A DNA stretch of 63,796 nt from Octopus bimaculoides. Lineage: Eukaryota. Below, in pieces: positions 53,171 through 63,796 of the stretch. The stretch is taken from assembly GCF_001194135.2 (NCBI RefSeq), contig NC_068986.1, forward strand, positions 38,383,424 to 38,447,219. Direction: 5' to 3'. Each line of letters begins with the position of its first letter. Positions within the stretch are counted from its first letter, which is position 1. The position numbers and the translations under genes were made by a program. Below the pieces are notes generated by a model. That model had not been told where the DNA came from. It did no database searches and worked only from the letters and a program-made list of their open reading frames with translations.

Positions 53171-53686
53171 TAATGGTATACAGATACCAGAACCACAAAT
53201 GATCTAAAACATTTAGTATTTGGCCCAAAATAGACCTACCTAAAACTTGTCTCTTAACATCAGATTTTTAAAACTTACAATTGACATATACTGAGTAAAC
53301 CTGGAATCAGTAAATTTACCTATTGGGTTGACAAAACGTTTATCCCAGTTATGGAACCCCTGTTCCACAAATAAAAGCTTTTGTGATATATTGCCTGGAA
53401 GTTTACCTTTTATCTTTTACTTGTTTCAGTCATTGGACTGGGGTCACGTAGGGGATTTTGCCTTGAAGGGTTTATCCAAACAAATCAACTTCAGTAAACA
53501 AATAAACACTGACTATCAAGTGTTGGGAGAATGTACACAAACAGAAAAACACACAAACATAAATATAGATATAAGATAAATATATGGCATTAAACGCTAA
53601 CTACAACAGATATATGTTTGTCCTTCACAAAAGAAGATTAGTCAGAAATGTAGCATCTGACAGATATTCAAAAAGCTCTCTCTTAA

Positions 53687-53905
53687 CCCTTTAGCATTCA
53701 GATTACTCTGTCGAATGTCATACTTATTCCATTCATATTGTTTTCAATTAATCATGCATTATCTTATAGTTTTGAGATTTCAATGATGTTGTTTAATTTT
53801 TAAAATGACATTTTAGGGTAGGTATGAGAGATCAGATCTGGCTGGTTTGAACATAAAACAGGTAGAATATTTGAACTGGATTTGGCCAGTCTAAATACTA
53901 AAGAA
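53687..53905 (+). mobile_element. piggyBac-like MITE
   Basis: ttaa|CCCTTTAGCATT ... AATACTAAAGAA|ttaa. Confidence 0.8.
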
Positions 53906-56499
53906 TTAAAGAAATTTTGTTATGACCCCTTCTACCATTTTATAGGTAAATTGATTGGGTTAATTGATTGCTAATTATCTTTTCCAGTACATTGTTATGC
54001 AAACTCAGGTTACTCCTGAATGAGCAAACTCATGTTCAAATTGTATTCCAACAATGTCCATCCCAATATTGTTTTTAGGAGTATTAGGAAATACAATATA
54101 CAATATATCCTTCTTTAGCCAAGACGGTGAGGTTTGCTTTGGCTGCCATTTTAAGTAGGTTAAGCGACCATGCAGAGACAGCCTCTGATTGTTGCAGTTG
54201 ATAATGGTTCTGCCACACCAATTATCATGAAAGCTACTTTCCTGTATCATCTAATTAATTTGTTAAGAATTACTTTGTTAATTACAAGTCAGCAATTAAT
54301 ACCTAAGGTCCTAATCCAACAGCCTCAAATTGACAAACACGAGTCCACCCAACCCCCCAAAATAACTGAAGTCCCCACTCACTCAATTCCTCTATTAACG
54401 AGTACATGAAGTAGACCTTGCATCCATATAACACTTCTTTTTTTGCCACGATGTTGGATGAGTTTAAAATCATCTTAATTTTGTTAAACATGACTCTTAT
54501 CTGCACCCTTTTCAATCTTCACAGGAACCCTACCACCATCACCACCACCACCACAAGAAATGCTAACTCTAATTACCTTTGTCTTTAAGTCCTTAATTAC
54601 ATCACTCCTTCGTTATGTCTTTAATTACATCATTCCCTCGTCATTTTTAATTACATCACTCCATCATTATTGTTGTTTTCTGACTTATTGTAGCAGACAA
54701 CTATAATCCTCCTCCACCTAGTCCAGCTTTCATAATCTATGGTGGCCAAATGATCAGGTGATTAACCCTTGCCCATCAGTGTGCTCAGGATCCTTAAGTG
54801 TAATTTGAACTCAGAACACAAACATTCAGAACGGATATCACAAGGCATCTTGTGCAACACAACAGTCTAACAGGTCTGTCAATCCACTGCTCCTGGAGTG
54901 GTAGGTAAACTTGATTGGAAAGAATAAAAGCCAATGTTGATTTTAATGGGATTTGAACTCAGAGCAGAAAAAGCCAGAACAAATGTTTTGTGGCACTTCC
55001 GCTGACATTCTAATGATTCTATCACTTCACTTTCAAGAGCATATTTGACTTCAACAGCTCACACCTCTTCTTCTATAAGCTCTCTTCCAATAATTGTTCC
55101 GTCTCTCTATATACTTGTCAAACTTTTCTTTTTGTTCAGCAGCCTCTTGCATGTCTCTTTCTCTAATTATTTACAGCTAACACATAAAATGCCCTCAGTT
55201 CTGACCTAGCTTTCACAAACAATACAAACAGAATATGTATACATCAAACACTTAACTGTTAAGCAACATTCTTTAATGTATGGTTTGACCATCACATGTT
55301 ACAATGGCCATGAACTCAAGTGGTTCTTAATGAATGTTTGTGTGTCTGGAAGCTGACTAGTTAGACCAGTGATTCTCAGACTAACAAAGGCCAGGCCACC
55401 CACAGACATTTTCTAGTAGCCTTCTCTTTATTAATGAAATGACAAAAAGATTTTATATCCATATAATTCTTTTTTTCTTTATTAGGATGTCTAACAAGTT
55501 TAAGATCTTGGAAACTAGCATGATTTTATTAAACATGACAATATATTCATCACCTTTACAATTCCCACAAGGTGCTTCCTTCTCCTTCCAGAGAGAAACA
55601 ATTAAAAAGGCTCATGTGTATAAGGAAAATTCTTGACTAATAGGCAATAATTGATATATTAATGATTTTGATCTCATCATCCCACTGAGTTCTTCATTGC
55701 ATTTCAGCCCTCCAGTGTTGATAAAGTAAGTCTACATTGTCATCGTTTTAATGTCCACCACTTTTCCATTTTGCATGGGTTGGATGGAGTATACCGAGGA
55801 AGATTTTCTATGGCTGGATGCCCTTCCTGTCACCAACCCTTATTACCTGTTTTTAACAGAATATTGGAAATGTATGACATTCATTAACAGCAATCACATG
55901 ATGTCAAAACAAAAGACACAAACATACATACATTCACACACGTGCACACGCACACACTCACACACATACATACATACATACATACATACATACACATACA
56001 TACATACATACACACATGTATACACACATGCATACATATATACCTACATACATACATGCATATGTGATGGGTTTCTTTCAGTTTCCATCTTTCAAATCCA
56101 CTTAAATGGCTGTGGTTGGCCTAAGGTTTTAGCATAAGACACTTGGCTAAGGCGACACACAATGGGACTGAACCCAAGACCATGTGGTTGAGAAGCAAGC
56201 TTCTTAAACTCACAGTCATAAATGCACTTCAGTACAAATGAAATAGTGAGTTTGACATAATCGACTCTAACCCTCTCTCTCAAATTCTGTGGTTTTGTAT
56301 CTATGTAAAAAAACAATACATCAGTGACCCTTTCCTTATGTTGTGTTCTCTGCTTCTTATGGTCTTCGATCAATTTGCATTCCAGTCATGAAGTTTATTA
56401 AAGTAGCATGAAGCATGATCTTCAATCAGTTTTGTAAGGAAAAGGTTTTCAGTGCCAAAGGTTTCAAACATTACTGATACGTTTATGTTACTAATAGGT

Positions 56500-56827
56500 T
56501 CTCTGTCTCTCTCTTACTCGCTTTGTCTATCCATCCGTCCGTCTGTCTGTCTGTCTGTCTGTCTGTCGTCTCCCTCTTCTCTCCCTCTCGCTCTCTCTCA
56601 GTCTCTCTCTCCCTCTCTCTTTTGGTCTCTCTCTCCCTCACTCTCTCTCAAAGAGTAATGACCGGTACATACATTGTGAAAAAATCAACAACACACACAC
56701 ACACACACAAACACAGACACGCACACACACACAAACGCACATAAATACACACACACACACAAACACATGCATACACACACAGACACACACACACAAATGC
56801 ACACAAATACACACACACAAACACACG

Positions 56828-56864
<37 letters not shown>

Positions 56865-56880
56865 CAAACACACACTAAAC
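56500..56880. repeat. Compound (CTGT)/(CT)n and degenerate (CA)n microsatellite
   Basis: Visible directly; source of spurious CV/HT ORFs. Confidence 0.9.
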
Positions 56881-57735
56881 ACAGGATGTTGACACAGCAA
56901 CATACAGAATATCATCACTATTCTTCAAAAAAAAGAAACATGAAGTATGATGAATGAGCTGTGTCAATTTGTGTGTTTGTTGATAGAGAGAAAGGTAGAT
57001 TATGCGATTTATTTACCTCATACAACCACAAAAGGAATGCTGTTTATAACCATAGGTTGTATTTTATAAACACACTGCAACAAATTTTATTTACTTGCTG
57101 GAAAATTAAGATAAATACAATGATAAATTATTAGGTTTGGTCATATGATGCAGAGGAATGAAAACAGTTGCATAAAGAAGGGCTGATTACTTAAAGTGGA
57201 GGGTAATTGTGGAAGGGGAAGACCCAGGAAAATGGGACAAAATACTGAAGGCCAATCTTAAAATGCTGAAACTTATGAAGGAGACGACAGAGGACTAAGA
57301 CATGTGGCACATTGCTGTACTTGAGAAAACCCACCCACCACAACAGATTTGAGATCCTAAAACTAAGGAGCCACATAAAAAACACTGGTGCTGGTGCCAC
57401 TTAAAAAGCACCTGTGATGGTGCCACATAAAAAAGCAGCCAGTACACTCTGTGGAATGGTTGGCATTAGGAAGTGCAACCAGCCATAGAAACCAGGCCAA
57501 AACAGACTATGGAAACTGGTGCAGCCCCTAGCCTTGCCAGTTCCTGTCAAGTTGTCCAACCTATGCCAGCATGGAAAATAGACATGAAATGTTGATGATG
57601 ATGATGATATGAATTCCTACATACATTTCACGATTACTGTTATTTATGAGGAGAAGTCAAAAATTATCCACACTTTCACCATGACATATTGTTATTGTCA
57701 CACTGCCTTCTGTGCATGCATGCTCATAGTCAGTA

Positions 57736-58228
57736 CTATTGGGGGTCATGTGATCAAAGTTTGAGCCTGATCGCACCATTCTTCTTTTTGGCTTTACAGT
57801 GTAACCATGGTTGCTCTACTAGCAATGTGCACCAAAGAAGAATAAAGAGCAGTGATCTGATTTCTCTGGTCAAAAGGTGTGTTAGGTGCTGAAATTCATC
57901 AGAGGCTTTTAGCACAATTGGTTAATGGTTTCAATGGCCTGGGGCAGTCATGTATGGACGTGCATTGTCATGCAACAACAAAACTTTCTTCAACAATAGT
58001 CTTCGGCATATGGTATGAATTGCTGGCTTCAGTTTGTTGGCCAGCAAAGCACTGTATCTTGCACTGTTGATGTACACCTCTTTTCTAACACCTGACCAGA
58101 TAAATTGAACCATTGCTCTTTGTTTTTCTTTGATACACATTGCTAGTGGAGTGGTCAGGCCTACACTGTAAAGCCAGAAAGAAAAACGGTGTGATCAAGC
58201 TTAAACTTCAATCATGCGAGCACAATAG
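57736..58228. mobile_element. Non-autonomous mariner with two inverted 5' ends and a catalytic-domain fragment
   Basis: TA|ctattg...caatag|TA. The + arm encodes MVALLAMCTKEE*RAVI*FLWSKGVLGAEIHQRLLAQ. The - arm encodes PLAMCIKEKQRAMVQFIWS fused to INSARYSALLANKLKPAI...KKVLLLHDNARPY. Confidence 0.85.
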
Positions 58229-59289
58229 TACCAACTATAAGCACACATGTGCAGAAGGCAGTGTGACAATAATAATGATATGTTATGGCAAAAGTGCAAA
58301 TATTTTTTGACCTCCTCTCGTAGAACTCAGCATTGGATGTTTGAAGTGCATTTGGATACCTTACTTCAATGGATCATCAGGGAAATACTTTATTATATTC
58401 TGTTACAAAAATTAAATATATTTTATTTATTTATAGATACAGCATGGAATTTTGTCAGTGAACAGGTCGCGGTCTCAAAGCGACAGAAATATTTTAGCAA
58501 ATTAAATTTAAAAGTTGAAGTGAATCTAACGGTTTTTGTGTGTTTCTTAAACGGCTTATAAACACCTTCCATGCTGCAATTGTTTATTTACTTATATTTA
58601 TTTATTTACTTATATTTATTTATTTACTTAGTTAATTTTTGTGAAAGCAGATGGAACTTTATCTTTCCAAGTCTTTTCCAGTAAGTACTGAGAAATCAAA
58701 CAAGGCCATATAAAAAACACAAGTGTTGGAGCCACATAAAAAGCACTGATGATGGTACCCTGTATACTCTGTAGAGTGACTGATGTTAGGAAGAGCATCC
58801 AGCCATAGAAACCAAAATTTTACAATCTCAGAGCCTCTACAATATGAAACAGGGAACCCTTTTTAGAGCTAGGGGTAAACTGGAAGTGAATAAGAATCAG
58901 TGGGGAAGCATCAGTGTAGCACCCTGGGCAAGCATCTTTTGCTATAGCCTCAGGCTGACCAAAGTCTTATACATGAATTTGGTAGACAGAAACTGAAAGG
59001 AGTCCCATCATGTGTGCGTGTGTGTGTGCACATAAGCATATGTGTGTGTGTGTGTATGTGTTTGTGTTTGTCCCCCACCACTGTTTGACAACTGGTATTG
59101 GTTTGTTTATGTCCCCCATAACTTAGTTGTTCAGCAAAATGAGACCATTAGAATAAGTACCAAACATACAAACATAAGTACTGGCGTCAATTTGTTTGAT
59201 TAAACCCTTCAAAGTAGTGCTCCAGCATGGCCACAGCCCAATGATTGAAACAAGTAAGTGATAAAAGATAAAAGCAAAGATAAAAGATG

Positions 59290-59639
59290 TACAAAAATAT
59301 GCACACACACACACTCAAACATATGCACATGCATGCATGCAAACACACACACACGCAAACACATGCACACACATATATGTGCACATGCACATATACACAT
59401 GTACATGCATGCCCATATGAGCACACAAACACACAATGGCAAATGTACACACACACAAGCACACACATGAACACACACACACACACACGCAAACACACAC
59501 ACACACACGCATGCACATGCATGCATGCAAACACATATGCACACACATACACACACACACACATGCACATATGAACACACAAACACACAATAGCAAATGT
59601 ACACACACAGGCAAACACACACATGCACACACACACACA

Positions 59640-59680
<41 letters not shown>
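59290..59680. repeat. Degenerate (CA)-rich repeat with higher-order duplication, then (CT)n
   Basis: 'catatga.cacacaaacacacaat.gcaaatgtacacacaca' occurs twice, ~150 bp apart. Confidence 0.8.
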
Positions 59681-59681
<1 letters not shown>

Positions 59682-60254
59682 TGTGAGAGGACATCGACCA
59701 CTTCATTATTATTCATTGATTTTGTTTTGTTCTTTAGAATATGGAAAACATCATAATTCTGAATTCAGTCACAGATCAATTCAGTTGATAAGTATGTCAC
59801 AAAGTTGTGGAGGATTCACTTTATAATTTATATAAACAGGCAACAACTGTTCTAGATTGTTCATCTTTGACTTAAAAGTTGTGATAAGCTTTTCTATCAG
59901 ATCAGAAATCATTTAAGTTGGAAATATTATAACTAAGATTCTGAGCTGCTAGATTTAGTTTTGTTTCTACATTTTTTGTCTTTTTCATAATTTTCGTTTT
60001 TTTTGTTTGTTTGTTTTTCATTCATTTTGTAGGTCAATAACCTTTTCTCTTTTCATTTTTTTTGTTTTTTAATTTCATATTGAGATTGGAAGATATTCAT
60101 AATATTTGGGTTTTCTTTTGTTTGTTCCTGATTTTGGTCTTTGTGTACATTTTAGACATCTCAATGTCATTTGTGTGTTGTGAGGTTCTTTCAAAACTTT
60201 AAAAATAAAAAAAGAACAAATACATTTAATTAAAAAACAGAAAATTCTATAATG

Positions 60255-60625
60255 TACAAAGCACGTTCAAAAAGTATCTGACTTTATTTCTTCCCTCCAA
60301 AACTAATGCCACATGAGCAAAATCCTTTAGGTGGGAGGTGATGCCACCCTTCCTGCACGTGCATAAAAATTTTCACACAAGTAGGCCACAGCAGTTCCTA
60401 GAGTACAGACATTTAGTGTGTACTCATTAGATTTTCATTTTCATGCAAGATGACAGAATGCATCAAGCAGAGACCATAAACCCATGTCCTATCACTAGTG
60501 ATGATGGTCTTCATGAAGTCTGGGTTGTGGTCTGCACAGTCCAGCTTATCCTGATCGATTTCTATGCGGAGTTGCTTCTGCTGCTGCACCAACACCTTGG
60601 AGATAAATTTTGCTAACACTTTCCA
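60255..60625 (-). mobile_element. mariner transposase fragment joined to one terminus
   Basis: Minus ORF gives AKFISKVLVQQQKQLRIEIDQDKLDCADHNPDFMKTIITSDRTWVYG (mariner AKFVP..L...DFL..IITGDETWVYG). TIR-like 'ttcaaaaagtatctgactttattt' at ~60267. Confidence 0.8.
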
Positions 60626-61669
60626 CACACACACCGCACAAACATACAAACATGCACAGATATGCACATATACACACACTCTCACATTTACATGCCTACA
60701 TACACACTCTCACACTTTTACATGCACACACACTAATAAATGTGGTAAAACTCACATTGAATATCAATATGCATGAACTTAACCCTGCCATAGATTTATG
60801 AGCTCCAATCCTGAGAGGCTCATAAAAGGTAATTAGCATTGTATCTGTTCTTCCTCCTCATCGTCCTCTTCAAACAAAAGAATGAAACTCACATACATAT
60901 ACTGACAGACAGACACATATATATGTGTAACTACAGGTACAACAATAATAAATACAAGAAAAGTGTACAAGATAACTGCAAGATTTTCCACAGTAAGGAT
61001 AGTTCTTTTGATGAAATTTCATACAAAAAAGAACTGTTAGAGAGAGATCATGGTGTCATTGTGAGGCCGTAAGCTATAACTTTTTTACCTTATGCTGAAA
61101 TCTTGCACAGTTCGCTATCCACATTTCACACCAATCACTTTTCCTTACTTTCCTTCCCAGAATGAATACCAGCCCTCTGAAATTTTGTTTCCCACCTGTG
61201 TTTTTTCCCCTCATAGACCCAGGTAGCAGCATTACAGCTACAACTTTGTACAACATGTACCACAACTGGCTCTGCATCATCACCACAACATCATGATACA
61301 GTATTTCTGTCACCGTGTACAATTGACTACGAACTGGTATTTCTCATCTATGTGTCTATGAACATTCCTCTAACTTCTCATTTAAAACTCACTTTCTTCC
61401 TCTTCATTGTTCTTATATGTACCCAATACACACTCAGACACACATACACTTTGCTCTCAAGATGGCCGATCTATTATTCTGTATACATGACACACACACA
61501 AACACACATGTTAACCTATGAATAAATGTTCTCCTAACCTTCTACTCAGTTGTGTCTCCTCTCTTTTCCAACTGGCACATAATATGTATAATTTCAGCCT
61601 TCCGATATGAGTCGATATTAGATGGTCACACAACACACATCACCTTGACCACCTATAAAAAAAATAATT

Positions 61670-63650
61670 TCAGTTTACTGGAATTTAGTTCTCTTGTAAA
61701 CTAGTGTGGTTTGTTGAAATTGTAACTTCATTTTGTGGCTTGAGAATAACATCTGAGTTATTTTATTAACTCATGTGGTTTATTGAAATAATGTCTCAAC
61801 CCATGCACTGAGAAAAGCATCGAGGTTATTTCACAAACTACTGTAGTTTACTGAAGAAACTGTTACATCATTTAGACATCAGAGTACAAAAGACATTTGA
61901 GTACAGGCATCACTGTGTGGTAAAAAAGTTTGATTTCCAACCACATGGTTTTAAATTTAGTCTCTTTTTGGGTGAGTGAATTCTATTATAACACTGGGCC
62001 AACCAAAACCTTGTAAGTAGATTTGGTAGACAGAAACTGAAAGAAGCCCATCGTACATGTGTGTGTGTGTAATATACAGGTTGCATAAGATTTATGTTTA
62101 TAAATAAACAGATAAACAATAACAGATAACTTTATTTATCAAAAAAGGGATAAATGAGGATAAAAATAAACATTCTTTTCTATAATGTTATTCAATAAAG
62201 CCACCTTCAGCTTCAGGAACTGCTTCTGTATGAGATCTAAATCATCTACATGCTCAAATCAAGTGGTCCTGGTTCATTTTAGACATTACTCTGACTATGG
62301 CAGCTTTCAAAGAATCTTTGGTGTTACGGGTGTGTTCATTGACCTCTTCCTCAACAATGCTCCACATGTAATAGTCCAATGGATTGAGATCTGGGGAATT
62401 AGGAGGCCAAATGTTAGGAATTATGTGATCATGAAAATTTTCAGCCAACCATTCTTGTGTTACTAGAGCCATGTGTGATAGTGTAGTCTTACTCTTCAGA
62501 AGGGTCTGCACATAACCATCTGACATTTCTTCTGTTAACTTTTTGATCTTGGTCAAAGTTTTTCTCATTTGAGAAAAACCAAATCAACTCTTCTTCTGCT
62601 GGATTTTTAAGTTTGCTTAAGAGCCTTTTAGATCTGATGTAGTGATTTTCTTTTGCTTTTTCTGACAAATTAACCTTTCTTCATCATATAAGACTTATAT
62701 TTGATGTCTTCGTGGACAACATTTCTGACTGTTCCTTCTGACACATGGAGATGTTTTGCAATTGACCTCATAGACTTTCTGGGATTGTAACCTATAGTCT
62801 GTTGAACTTGCCAGATAAATTCAAGTGTTCTGATGATTTCAGAGCATTTAGAATACTTTTTTTGTTTTGATACTGGTGATACATTTTCATCTTCAGTCCT
62901 TACAAACTCTGTAGACGAATGATGTAACATCTTTTAAAAATCGAGATATTTCAAAATTGCTATGCTCAGCCTTTATAACTACAATAACAGCATGCTTCTT
63001 CATTTCTAGAGTAAACTGAGGGTCTGCCATTATTATTTTCTGAAACAAATATACAGAGTTAGGAAAAAATTCAGCAGTAACCCAAAAATGAAAATAATAC
63101 TGACATCTCATTTTAACAGATATATTTCTAAAATTACATAAAAATATCTTGAAATACTAAAGAGTAAATGTATTCAATAAAAGCGCCATGGGCTTCAACC
63201 GTGGCTTCCAGATGTCTTCAGAATTTCCTGCAATAATGTCCTAACTTGTGCACTAGGAAAGACATCTAGGTTATTTTACAAACTACTCCGTTTTATCAAA
63301 GAAACAATTGCCCTATTTAGCAGCTTTGCAAAAGATATCTTCTTGGTCATTTTGTAAACAATTGTAGTTTATTGAAATAATGTCCTAACTTGTGCACTGA
63401 GAAAGATATTTTCAAGGTTAATTTATAAATTACTTTGGCATGTTGAAATAGAAACCATTATTTAGTGCCATTGCAAAAGAGATTTTGTAAGTTATTTAAT
63501 AAACTTGTGTGGTTTCTTTAATTAGCAGCCTAATTTATGGCATTGAGAACAACATCATTTAGGCTATTTGATAAACTATTCTGGTTTCTTGAAATAAGCT
63601 TCAAATGTAGCATTTAAAAAGACATCTTCCAGGTTATTCTGAATATTTTT
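61670..63650. repeat. Degenerate ~65-75-bp (dimeric ~144-bp) tandem repeat interrupted by a SINE and a DD37D element
   Basis: Motif 'aataatgtc.taac...tgcact.agaaa..catc..ggttattt.acaaactact' at ~61787, 63232 and 63376. Confidence 0.7.
62077..63160 (-). mobile_element. Internally deleted DD37D (maT/mori-type) Tc1/mariner element
   Basis: Pieces: MADPQFTLEMKKHAVIV...; NPRKSMRSIAKHLHVSEGTVRNVVHEDIKYKSY (HTH); IWFFSNEKNFDQDQKVNR; WPPNSPDLNPLDYYMW. Combining with the 47-kb copy places 37 residues between the 2nd and 3rd Asp. TA|CAGG left end. Confidence 0.9.
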
Positions 63651-63796
63651 TATTTAGGTTATTTTTCAAAGTTTCAATGTTAGAGTTGGTATTGGGCAAG
63701 GGTATATGTTTATCTATTCCTTGTTTCATTGCACAGTAAACATTAGATCTTATAAAATGTGAAAAATTGTAGTTACATTTCTGTTAGCAGTTGAAG

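Noticed and set aside
54170-54409. Plus ORF with IVAVDNGSA resembling the actin phosphate loop or a cadherin motif
   Set aside because: Similarity is limited to a few residues, with no downstream homology.
59187-59756. CV/HT/YI-rich ORFs here and throughout
   Set aside because: These are translations of (CA)n, (TG)n and (TA)n repeats.

Overview
This is AT-rich, microsatellite-laden metazoan genomic DNA from a gapped draft assembly. The SINE/RTE/microsatellite landscape suggests an octopus or other coleoid cephalopod (inference). The only confidently identified host gene is the 3' end of an OSBPL8/ORP5-ORP8-type oxysterol-binding protein gene. It has three + strand coding exons (167-352, 1761-2035, 4178-4440) that splice in frame and end in a C-terminal transmembrane anchor. 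The remaining ~59 kb is a graveyard of nested transposable elements: several tRNA-derived SINE families, RTE LINE remnants, hAT, pogo, piggyBac-like and mariner MITEs, two DD37D (maT-type) Tc1/mariner remnants, and a Penelope-like retroelement fragment. The most notable structures are a CpG-decayed minimal hammerhead ribozyme and a 27-bp fold-back flanking the Penelope-like element, a mariner derivative built from two inverted 5' ends, a 140-bp-arm foldback element, a possibly bipartite RTE derivative, SINEs carrying internal expanding microsatellites, and a degenerate dimeric satellite split by insertions. I found no convincing wholly new coding system, and most long ORFs in the track are microsatellite or N-gap artefacts. 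All identities and alignments were judged by eye.
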